Assembly: GCA_045862955.1 (NCBI GenBank)
Contig: BTVI01000043.1
Span: 1 to 23,382, forward strand
Source: Fimbriimonadales bacterium
Lineage (GTDB): Bacteria; Armatimonadota; Fimbriimonadia; Fimbriimonadales; JABRVX01
Reading direction: 5' to 3'
Length of the DNA stretch: 23,382 bases
Position 1 is the stretch's first letter, and the number at the start of each line of letters is the position of its first letter. Shown here piece after piece: positions 8,883 through 16,358 of the stretch. The position numbers and the translations under genes are program-made. The notes below the pieces were generated by a model, which did no database searches, had not been told where the DNA came from, and saw nothing but the letters and a program-made list of their open reading frames with translations.

Positions 8883-9413
8883 CTAGAAGCGGAACCCCAC
8901 TCCAGCGAAGAACCCGTTGAGCTTCGACTCGACACCCGAACCGGAGGCACCCATGTAGCCGCCCTCGATGAAGAACGGTGTCGAGCCCGTCGCGAACTCG
9001 TAGCCCACGGCGAACCGGTAGCCGAACACGGTCTTGTTGTTGTCATCCGGCGTGTCGGCAAACGTTACGCCGACGCCCAGACTGTAACGGAACGTGTCCA
9101 CATGGCCGACGTAGTTCACCAGCACGGGTATGGCGGTGAAGTCACCGGAGCCGTAGTAGTCCCCACTGATCGAGTACTCCGCACGGTAGTTGTTGCTGGG
9201 GTCCGGCTCGCCGAGGTTCCCGAGCTTGTACTCGAGGCCCGCAGTGAACCAGACGTCTTCCGTAGCGTCGCGTGTCGCACTCTCCGTGGGGAAGAACGCA
9301 CCCGCTCGGACGGTCAGGCCGACCGGCTGGACGTCCTGCGCTCTTACCATAGTTCCGAACGCGAACGAACCGACCAGTGCGACGACCGCCAACAGCGAAA
9401 TCCGATTTCGCAT
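8883..9413 (-). CDS. Small outer-membrane beta-barrel protein
   Basis: Sec signal (MRNRISLLAVVALVGSFAFGTMVRA|QD), alternating amphipathic strands (FTAGLEYKL, YSLGVGVTF, FGYRFAVGYEF), C-terminal beta-signal GVGFRF. SD GGGAGG upstream. Confidence 0.85.
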   Translation of the reverse strand: MRNRISLLAVVALVGSFAFGTMVRAQDVQPVGLTVRAGAFFPTESATRDATEDVWFTAGLEYKLGNLGEPDPSNNYRAEYSISGDYYGSGDFTAIPVLVNYVGHVDTFRYSLGVGVTFADTPDDNNKTVFGYRFAVGYEFATGSTPFFIEGGYMGASGSGVESKLNGFFAGVGFRF

Positions 9414-9449
9414 CTAATGACCCTCCCTTGTACGGGGTTTTGCGCAGCC

Positions 9450-9455
9450 ATTCTA
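9450..9455 (-). promoter_or_regulatory. Putative -10 box (TAGAAT) for the beta-barrel gene
   Basis: Minus strand gggTAGAATggc, 36 nt upstream of the ATG, followed by SD GGGAGG. Confidence 0.45.
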
Positions 9456-9577
9456 CCCTTGTGCGTGCATAGCAAGCGACCTCTACCCAACCACGGGACG
9501 CTGAGCGGGTGCGCAACCACGTTCCAAGCGCAGATTCGGCCACCCGTTAACATTGACGGCAACTAGAGACGGATGTC

Positions 9578-9808
9578 TCAGGGGCTTTGTCGCACAGTCG
9601 TGCGGGTTGCGTGGCAGGACCGGCCCGGTACGCAAGTGTCCAGGCACGCTTCCTCGCCGTCCGGGCCAAAGGAGCCGAGGGTCTTACCGCACCAATAGTG
9701 CTTCGGCGGGGAGACGTGATCCGGATCCAGCACAGGCGGTGGAATCTCCTCGTATTGCTCGCTCTTGCAGTAGAGGTAGACGCAACGCGCGAGTTCGGCT
9801 TGCTCCAT
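9578..9808 (-). CDS. Small Cys-rich hypothetical protein (76 aa), last gene of the molybdoenzyme operon
   Basis: ATG 2 nt after the FAD-subunit stop, preceded by GGAGG. Six Cys: CVYLYCK...HYWCGKT...GPDG...CLDTCVPGRSC. Confidence 0.75.
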   Translation of the reverse strand: MEQAELARCVYLYCKSEQYEEIPPPVLDPDHVSPPKHYWCGKTLGSFGPDGEEACLDTCVPGRSCHATRTTVRQSP

Positions 9809-9810
9809 TC

Positions 9811-10788
9811 CTAGGCCTCCTCCAGACCTGCGGCCCGCAGCACTGCGATACGAACCACGTTGGCAGCCAATCGCACCTTGTAGCCGTTGTGCTTCAGCGG
9901 CTTCGCCCCCGTGACCGCTGCTTTGCCTGCAGTTTCAGCCACGCCCGGGGTTATCGTCTTGCCCTTCAAGGCCGCTTCGGCTTCGTTCGAACGCCACGGG
10001 ATTGGAGCGACGCCGCCGAGCACGACGCGACAGTCCTGGACCGTGTTGCCCGACATTCGCAGCGTTACGGCTGCACTCGCTAGCGCCCAGTCGAAGGACT
10101 CCCGCTCGCGGAACTTGTAATAGGCGCTCCTCCAGCCCGCCGTCGCCTTGGGCAGCGTCACGGCGGTCACGATCTCGTTCGGAGTCAGAACGTTTTCTTG
10201 CCCCCAGTTCACCGCGGGCAGCACGAAGAAGTCGAGTAGCGGAAGCGAGCGCGCTGACGTGCCCTGAATGTCCACCTTGGCGTCGAAGGCGATCAGAGCC
10301 GGAGCTAGGTCCGAAGGATGCACGATGTGGCAAGGCCCCCCGCCCAGAATCGCGTGATACTCGTTCTCGCCGTCCTCCGCGTAACAGCGGTCCCCCCCCT
10401 TCTTCAGGCACTCGATCGCGACGTCCCGGTAGTACCAGCAGCGGGGACGTTGGCACAGGTTCCCGCCCACCGTTCCCACGTTTCGTATCTGAGGGGAACC
10501 GACGGACCGTGCGGCCTCCGCCACCGCCTTGTACTGGGACTCGACCCGCTCCGACTCGGCAAGTTCCGTCAGCGTGACCAGCGCTCCGATTTTCAGGTCG
10601 TCCCTTCCCGTCATCTCGTTCAAGCCGGCGATGGTTTTCAGGTTGACGACACGCGAAGGGGTGACGAGCCCTTCTTTCATCTCGCACAACAGATCGATCC
10701 CGCCCGCAAGCGCCTTCACCCTTTCGCCGCTCAACGCGGAGACCGCCCCCTTAAGGTCTTTGGGAGTTACCCACTCAAACGCGTTCAT
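9811..10788 (-). CDS. Xanthine dehydrogenase-family FAD-binding subunit (PaoB/YagS-like, with [4Fe-4S] insert)
   Basis: ALAGGIDL, SPQIRNVGTVGGNL, HPSDLAPAL, LGGVAPIPWR, HNGYKV motifs and the Cys insert RCWYYR..ECLKKGGDRC..GPC. Start set to ATG 10788 (MNAFEW...) with GGAGG upstream, 325 aa. Confidence 0.93.
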   Translation of the reverse strand: MNAFEWVTPKDLKGAVSALSGERVKALAGGIDLLCEMKEGLVTPSRVVNLKTIAGLNEMTGRDDLKIGALVTLTELAESERVESQYKAVAEAARSVGSPQIRNVGTVGGNLCQRPRCWYYRDVAIECLKKGGDRCYAEDGENEYHAILGGGPCHIVHPSDLAPALIAFDAKVDIQGTSARSLPLLDFFVLPAVNWGQENVLTPNEIVTAVTLPKATAGWRSAYYKFRERESFDWALASAAVTLRMSGNTVQDCRVVLGGVAPIPWRSNEAEAALKGKTITPGVAETAGKAAVTGAKPLKHNGYKVRLAANVVRIAVLRAAGLEEA

Positions 10789-12856
10789 CCATCGCCTCCA
10801 AGAGCTTGCGAGGGGTAATCGGGAGGTGCCGAATGCGAAGGCCCGACGCGTGGTACACGGCGTTGGCAATCGCGCCTGCAGTCGGGATGACCGGCGGTTC
10901 GCCGATACCTGCCACCTTCTGATGGGTCTCGAACAGGTACGGGACGATCTCGGGCATCTCCCATGGCCCAGGCAGCTTGTACTGCTCCAGATCGGGGTTC
11001 AGGCATCGGCCGGTGTGCTCGTCCATCTTGCGCGCCTCGAGTAGCGCCATGCCGATGCCCTGGATCACGCCGCCGATGATCTGGCTCTCGGTAGTCAGTC
11101 GGTTCATCCAGTAGCCGCAGTCGTGGACCGCCAACACTCGAATCGGCCGGACACGACCCGTCCACATGTCCACCTCGACCTCTGCAAACTGCACTCCCGC
11201 AACGCCACCTTGCTGCAGCGAAGCATCGAAGGTGCCGTTCGACACGATCCCGCCGATACCGAGCCGTGAGCACACCTCTGCGAACGGGACACTCTTAGAC
11301 GGATCGCTCGAAACGAACACTCTACCGTCCCGAGCGTCCAGCGATTCAGCAGGGTGACCGAGCACCTGCGCGGCCTTCTCGAGGAGCTGCTTCCTCGCGT
11401 CGAGCGAAGCGGTCTTGACCGCAGGCGCTACGGATGCCGTGGTGGTCGACCCGCCGCTCGCGCCGGAGTAGCCGAAGTCGCTATCCCCGATCATGGCCCG
11501 GACCTGGGTGATGTCGACGCCGAGGTCTTCGGCAACGATGGAAGCGATATACGTGCGAGTGCCAGTACCGAGGTCTTGGGTGCCTAGCTTCACTTCGATC
11601 GTGGCATCTCGATGGATCGTCAGCTCGACACGAGAGCCGGGTCCGCCTCCTCCGCCCCACGTGGAAGTTCCCACTCCCATACCGCGTCGGAATCTCCCGC
11701 CGTCGGCGCCAGGCTTCGGGTTCCGCTTCTCCCATCCGAACAGCTTGGCGCCCAGCTCGAACTGCTGCTTGCGTACACCATCGGTGTTTGCCAGCCGCAG
11801 CTCCAGTGGGTCCATTCCCAGCGCGTAGGCCAGTTCATCCACCACTTGCTCGGTGATCGCACAAGCCTGGGGATGCATCGGTGCCCGAAGCGGCGCATCC
11901 GAGCCGCAGTTGGTGCGAACGGGCCGCGACCTGACCGCACGTGTCTCTGGTCGGTACACGTACGGGAACGGCATTCCCCACTGTGTGCTGTACCCGGAGG
12001 TACCGAAGCAATCCGCAGCAATCACCGACAGCTTTCCGTCCTTGCGGCCGCCAGCCCACACGCGTGCATGGGCATCTGGACCGTTGCCCGTGGTCAACTG
12101 CTCTGTGTGCCGGTCGCGCATTAACTTGACGGGAGCCTTCGCCTTCTTGGCGAGCGCCGCGCAGATGGCGAACTCGCTCCCCGGCCCGAGCTTGCTCCCA
12201 AAACCCCCACCCATGTGCTCACAGATCACGCGGACGTTCCCCGCCGGCACGCCTTGGTTCTGCGCCATGCCGCCCCGCACGCCGTGCACCGCCTGCGTGG
12301 AGCACCACATGGTGAAGCGGTCGTCGCCATCCCAGCGCACCACGCAGCCATGGGTCTCCAGGCAGGTGTGAAGTCGTACGGGAACGCTGTAGGAACCCTC
12401 GATGGTCGCGTGGGCCGCACGGAGTGCGGTCTGTGCCTCGTCACTAAGGGCAGGGAAGGGCTCCATTCGTTCTGGGTCTCGTGAGGCGACTTGGGTGGTG
12501 ACGCGATGAGGACGAACATCGTACTCGACCCGGATTGCCCGCAGTGCATCGCGCGCCTGGTGCTCCGTAACTGCCGCAACCGCCGCAATGTCCTGCCCCT
12601 GGTGTCTGATGTTGCTTCCCGGTCCAGCCTCCACGTGCACAGCCTTCACGCCGGGCATCCGCTCTGCTTCCGAGGTGTCCACGGACTTGACCTGCGCTGC
12701 GGCGTGGGGCGAACCTAGGATGACGCCGTAAAGCATGTCGGGGAGTTGAATGTCGTAGCTGTACTTGGCTCGCCCCGACACTTTGAGCGGCCCCTCGACG
12801 CGAGTGACTCGCTGACCCAGGTACTTCGACTTCGAACGGTCGTTCCACTCCGGCAT
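10775..12856 (-). CDS. Xanthine dehydrogenase-family molybdopterin-binding subunit (PaoC/YagR-like)
   Basis: RVEGPLKVSGRAKYSYD, MGGGFGSK, LRAP, QDLGTGTRT, SGGSTT, QIIGGVIQGIGMAL and catalytic-Glu motif GIGEPP. Confidence 0.95.
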   Translation of the reverse strand: MPEWNDRSKSKYLGQRVTRVEGPLKVSGRAKYSYDIQLPDMLYGVILGSPHAAAQVKSVDTSEAERMPGVKAVHVEAGPGSNIRHQGQDIAAVAAVTEHQARDALRAIRVEYDVRPHRVTTQVASRDPERMEPFPALSDEAQTALRAAHATIEGSYSVPVRLHTCLETHGCVVRWDGDDRFTMWCSTQAVHGVRGGMAQNQGVPAGNVRVICEHMGGGFGSKLGPGSEFAICAALAKKAKAPVKLMRDRHTEQLTTGNGPDAHARVWAGGRKDGKLSVIAADCFGTSGYSTQWGMPFPYVYRPETRAVRSRPVRTNCGSDAPLRAPMHPQACAITEQVVDELAYALGMDPLELRLANTDGVRKQQFELGAKLFGWEKRNPKPGADGGRFRRGMGVGTSTWGGGGGPGSRVELTIHRDATIEVKLGTQDLGTGTRTYIASIVAEDLGVDITQVRAMIGDSDFGYSGASGGSTTTASVAPAVKTASLDARKQLLEKAAQVLGHPAESLDARDGRVFVSSDPSKSVPFAEVCSRLGIGGIVSNGTFDASLQQGGVAGVQFAEVEVDMWTGRVRPIRVLAVHDCGYWMNRLTTESQIIGGVIQGIGMALLEARKMDEHTGRCLNPDLEQYKLPGPWEMPEIVPYLFETHQKVAGIGEPPVIPTAGAIANAVYHASGLRIRHLPITPRKLLEAMDERV

Positions 12857-12857
12857 C

Positions 12858-13490
12858 CTACGCCCCCTCCCTCATTGCCTTCGCTGCAGTCTGGGCGGCC
12901 TCGAAGATGCGCGTGTAGGTTCCGCAGCGGCACACGTTGCCAGAACAAGCATGCTTGATGTCTGCCAGGCTCGGGCTCTTGTTCGTCTTCAGCAGATGGT
13001 TCACACACATCACGAAGCCGGGAGTGCAGAAACCGCACTGCAGCGCGTCATGCTCGACGAAAGCTTGCTGAACCGCGTTCAGCTTGCCAGGGGCCCCGAG
13101 GCTCTCGACCGTCTCGATTCTGTGTCCTTCGCAATCAACTGCTAGCTTGAGACACGCATAGATGGGCTTGCCGTCCAAGTACACGGTGCACGCGCCGCAG
13201 GTACCTCGGTCACACACGCGCTTCGAGCCCGTGAGGCCCAGCCTGTCGCGGATGGCGTCCAGCAGCGTGACACGCGGTTCCAGAAGCAGCCGATGGGTCT
13301 CACCGTTCACGTTCAGCGTGACCGTGCGCTCACCGAAACCCTGGGGCTCTACCCCGGCCGATCTGCGTTCGGCCTCTGTGTGAGCCTTGTGCAGCCCAAC
13401 GGCTCCACCCACAGTGACGACCGCCGCCGCGGCGCCCGCCGACTTTAGGAACTGCCTTCGACTGAGCTTTGGCTTCTTCTCCTCGCTCAT
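12858..13490 (-). CDS. Xanthine dehydrogenase-family 2x[2Fe-2S] subunit with Tat signal (PaoA/YagT-like)
   Basis: SRRQFLK twin-arginine motif plus hydrophobic stretch, CDRGTCGACTV...C and QCGFCTPG...CRCG. SD GAGGTG. Confidence 0.95.
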   Translation of the reverse strand: MSEEKKPKLSRRQFLKSAGAAAAVVTVGGAVGLHKAHTEAERRSAGVEPQGFGERTVTLNVNGETHRLLLEPRVTLLDAIRDRLGLTGSKRVCDRGTCGACTVYLDGKPIYACLKLAVDCEGHRIETVESLGAPGKLNAVQQAFVEHDALQCGFCTPGFVMCVNHLLKTNKSPSLADIKHACSGNVCRCGTYTRIFEAAQTAAKAMREGA

Positions 13491-13524
13491 CCCACACCTC
13501 GAATGCCGGGCCGAGGTGCCCAGC
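13491..13524 (-). promoter_or_regulatory. Leader with two alternative hairpins, one of which sequesters the SD
   Basis: Minus strand GCTGGGC-ACCTCG-GCCCGGC-ATT-CGAGGTG-TGGG-ATG. CACCTCG pairs with CGAGGTG (the SD), or GCTGGGC pairs with GCCCGGC. Confidence 0.3.
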
Positions 13525-13585
13525 GCTGCATACTGACTGTCTACTTTCGCCCTCGCCGACTCAGTTCCTTGGTGCTACCACCTAC

Positions 13586-13614
13586 GCAGAAGGGCCGCTC
13601 TGATGAGCGGCCCT
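13586..13614 (-). terminator. Putative intrinsic terminator after the secreted-protein gene
   Basis: Perfect 10-bp inverted repeat AGGGCCGCTC-tgat-GAGCGGCCCT (13591-13614). On the minus strand it runs into TTCTG, 35 nt after the stop. Confidence 0.6.
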
Positions 13615-13648
13615 GGAACGGGTGGGCAGGCAGAGGTGAGAATGCGAC

Positions 13649-14131
13649 CTACAGCCGCCCCGGAGGAGGACCACAGCGTACGACGATGTCGCCGCGGACC
13701 GGGCCCGCGGCCCGATACACTGCATTGCCGTCCGGCGAGAACACTTTCAGCTCGAAGTGATCCAGAACATCCAGCGGGCTGCCGGGGTACCAGCGGTCCG
13801 AGACGAACACCTCGGCGTAGGCCTGCCGTCCGTCGAATAGGGCGGGCCCGGAGAACACAGCGTCCTTCCCGCGGCATTCGAACTTCTCGACCTTGAGCCG
13901 AACGGAGTGGATCGTCTTCTCGCGCCCTGTGTTGGACCGAAGCACTTCTCGGAAGTTCAGAAATCCTCGAACGTTGCCTTCGAACGAGCCCGCGTGGAAA
14001 ATGAAGATGCCGAGATTCGTTCGAGAAGGCATCTGGATCGTGCCGCTACCGAATGCGAGACCATCGCCTGCGGCCAGCGCCATGGCGGCGAACAGCGCGA
14101 CGCCGGTTAGTCCAATCAATAGCCTCTTCAT
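13649..14131 (-). CDS. Secreted beta-rich hypothetical protein (160 aa), possibly post-COAP-1-like domain
   Basis: Start reset to ATG 14131 (SD AAAGGAG). Signal peptide MKRLLIGLTGVALFAAMALA. The pattern AVFSG...VxVxD..PG...DxFxL...GxVxGDIVV recalls the post-COAP-1 domain (recognised from memory, unverified). Confidence 0.75.
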   Translation of the reverse strand: MKRLLIGLTGVALFAAMALAAGDGLAFGSGTIQMPSRTNLGIFIFHAGSFEGNVRGFLNFREVLRSNTGREKTIHSVRLKVEKFECRGKDAVFSGPALFDGRQAYAEVFVSDRWYPGSPLDVLDHFELKVFSPDGNAVYRAAGPVRGDIVVRCGPPPGRL

Positions 14132-14369
14132 GCGCAAGCTCCTTTGATTTCGGAGGTCCGACCCTGCGGGGGCGGTCGCCTCGATGTTTCTGACGATCAG
14201 GACAGCGAATAGTTCTGTCTGTATCCGAATGAGCCGGTGTAACAACCAGCCTCCTAGGGAATCTGCTGCTGTGCGCCGTGCGAAGTGCAACCCGATGCAC
14301 CCGTGGAATGTAGCTAACGTAGATGCAGGCGCTTTCCGCCTAACGATGGCGCCTCGTGGAGGGATTCGA

Positions 14370-16079
14370 GTGGGAAACCTACGTCTAGACGCTGCCGGTA
14401 CCCGCCCACGCCGGCTTCGCGGTGGTGCGTCCTGGTGGGGTGTTGCAGCTATCGCCGCAGTCGTTGGGGCAGGCGCAGTCGGCTATAAGGTCCTCTTCGA
14501 CCGCCCAGGGGAGCTGGCAATCGGCTTCCTGCCTGCAGACGCGCAGGCCATCATCACGGTGGACCTGTCACCCAGCCCGGCCCAGGCACAGACCTTCAAG
14601 GCGATCGGCGATGCGCTGGAGCAAGAAGGTTTGCTGGACGAGCTCGAGAGGGGGATTGCCGAGGCCGCAGCCCAGAACGAGCTGGTTCGAGAGCTGCGCC
14701 CGCACATCAAGACCAGCTTCGCCGTAGGAGTGTGGGGCATCGAGGAGGGCAAGGAGCCGAAGCACGCGGCGCTCCTGATATCCATCGGCAACCCCGGGGC
14801 CGTGAGTTCGTCGCTGGCGAAGCACCTGCGGGGCTACAAGCTCGAGGGCGAGCAAGCTTACGTGATTGACAAGAATGCTACGGCCGCCGTGCTCGCAAAC
14901 TACCTAGTGATCGCACCCAACGAGGAGTCGGTGCGCCGCGTTATCGCCGTCCACGCGGGCAAGTCGCCTTCCGCGGCCGACCTCGCTCCGTACCAGGAGG
15001 CCAGAAAGGCGCTGCCCGACGACGCGAACGCAATGCTGTTCGTCTCTAACTCGCTGTTGCGCGAAGCAGGCAAGGAAGCGGAGCGCGAGCTGAAGGGCGC
15101 GAATCCATTCCGCCACAGCGGGTGGTTCGCCGCGGGCCTCACCGTTCGCAACGAGGGGCTGCTCTGCTCCGTGCGCGCGCCGTTCAGCGCCGACGAAGTC
15201 AAGGAGATGCAGCCCCTGGCGAAAGTGCCGGCGCTGAGCCTCGATTCGCTCGGCCTGCTGCCACGGGGGGCGTACGGGCTTGCCGCGCTGTCACAGCCCG
15301 CCGCGATCTACGACGTGATCCGCAACTTCGCCCTTGCCAAGCCCGAGTCGAAGCGAGAGATGGAAGGCGGGCTGGCGAAGTTGCGATCCGAGACGGGTTT
15401 CGACCTCGAGCAGGATGTGGTCCCCGCCTTTCGAGGCGAGTTCACCGTCGCGCTCTATCCTTCTCGGGTGCCCGGCAACGATGATCCCGAAGCGCTGCTC
15501 GTCGCCGATTCCGCCAACGGTGCCGACCCGGTTAGCTTCGTCGAGAAGTTCCGGTCGGCTATCAACTCCGGTCGCTTCGACAAAGCGGGGCCGAAAGCCA
15601 GGTTTTCGTCACAGCCGTATGGCAGCACCACGATTCAACTGCTCGACGTATCCGGCGACCCGAACGCGAAGGGTAAGACCCCCTGTTATGCGGTGATCGG
15701 CAAGACCGTCGTCGCCTCCACTTCGCTGGCTTTGCTGAAGCAGGTGGTGGACACGCAGGGCAACGAGGCGACTACGCTTCGCTCGGACCCGCGCTTCAAG
15801 CGTATGGCAGATCGCGGGCTCAATGCGAGTGGCTTCACGCTGATGGCGGACCTGCCAGCCCTCGCGCAGGATGCTGCCGGCAACGGCCGGGGGCCCGACT
15901 GGGACTGGCACAAGTTGTTCGGGGACGATGGGCTAACTTTCAGCGCCTCCTATGATGGAAAGAAGGCCACGGCGGAGATGTTCGTACCGCTGGACTGGGT
16001 CGAGTTGGTGCACCGCATCGGCGCGGAAGCGAAGAAGAGCCGCAACGCGGCGGGTACATCCGCCAACAGGGCGTTCTGA
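14370..16079 (+). CDS. Membrane-anchored extracytoplasmic protein, DUF3352-like (569 aa)
   Basis: Start reset to GTG 14370 (SD GGAGG). Single N-terminal TM, then FLPADA, YLVIAPNEESVRRVI, TGFDLEQDVVPAFRGEFTVAL and TLRSDPRFK patterns in two related halves, as in DUF3352 proteins. Confidence 0.75.
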   Translation: MGNLRLDAAGTRPRRLRGGASWWGVAAIAAVVGAGAVGYKVLFDRPGELAIGFLPADAQAIITVDLSPSPAQAQTFKAIGDALEQEGLLDELERGIAEAAAQNELVRELRPHIKTSFAVGVWGIEEGKEPKHAALLISIGNPGAVSSSLAKHLRGYKLEGEQAYVIDKNATAAVLANYLVIAPNEESVRRVIAVHAGKSPSAADLAPYQEARKALPDDANAMLFVSNSLLREAGKEAERELKGANPFRHSGWFAAGLTVRNEGLLCSVRAPFSADEVKEMQPLAKVPALSLDSLGLLPRGAYGLAALSQPAAIYDVIRNFALAKPESKREMEGGLAKLRSETGFDLEQDVVPAFRGEFTVALYPSRVPGNDDPEALLVADSANGADPVSFVEKFRSAINSGRFDKAGPKARFSSQPYGSTTIQLLDVSGDPNAKGKTPCYAVIGKTVVASTSLALLKQVVDTQGNEATTLRSDPRFKRMADRGLNASGFTLMADLPALAQDAAGNGRGPDWDWHKLFGDDGLTFSASYDGKKATAEMFVPLDWVELVHRIGAEAKKSRNAAGTSANRAF

Positions 16080-16108
16080 GCACTGCCTGGGGGCGCGTGC
16101 TCTGCCGC

Positions 16109-16358
16109 ACACGGAAGGCGAAGCCATTCACACGATGCCTTCGCCCGCCTTCGGGTGAAGGCATCGTGAGCTGCAGAAGCAGCATACTTCCGGTGTCCCG
16201 CCCGCTCTGGCCTGATCGCAGAGACGGCGAACCCTCGGTCAGCGTTTCGGAGGGAGACGGCTGCCCGGCTCCGCGGAGACGACGCTGGGGGAATGTGTTC
16301 GCCCGTCTCTTGCCCCGCCTTCGGGCGGAAAAAGTGGAGCACGGTGAAGACCGTGCTC
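16109..16358. other. Densely base-paired non-coding region (multi-stem RNA or ssDNA element)
   Basis: Stems: 16109-16117/16187-16196, GCGAAGC 16118-16124, 17-bp 16131-16147/16152-16168, 16170-16174/16179-16183, 16220-16232/16297-16310, CCGCC-TTCG-GGCGG 16315-16328 and GAGCACGGT-gaag-ACCGTGCTC 16337-16358. Confidence 0.55.

Noticed and set aside
13491..13648. Moco/Wco riboswitch upstream of the molybdoenzyme operon
   Set aside because: I could not find the conserved Moco-motif segments, and the space after the upstream terminator is under 100 nt.
14136..14185. SD-sequestering hairpin in the leader of the secreted-protein gene
   Set aside because: Only a 4-bp CTCC/GGAG pairing, expected by chance at this GC content.
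14405..14490. Type IV prepilin-like cleavage site in the DUF3352-like protein (RRLRG|GASWW)
   Set aside because: No Phe at +1 or Glu at +5. A plain signal anchor explains it.
16237..16265. SRP (4.5S) RNA domain IV resemblance (GGTCAG...CGGAGGGAG..GGC)
   Set aside because: Lacks the CAGG/AGCA symmetric internal loop and GGAA tetraloop arrangement of SRP RNA.
16315..16333. Intrinsic terminator at the CCGCC-TTCG-GGCGG-AAAAA hairpin
   Set aside because: The A-run follows the stem on + and the T-run precedes it on -, so neither strand has a U-tract after the stem.
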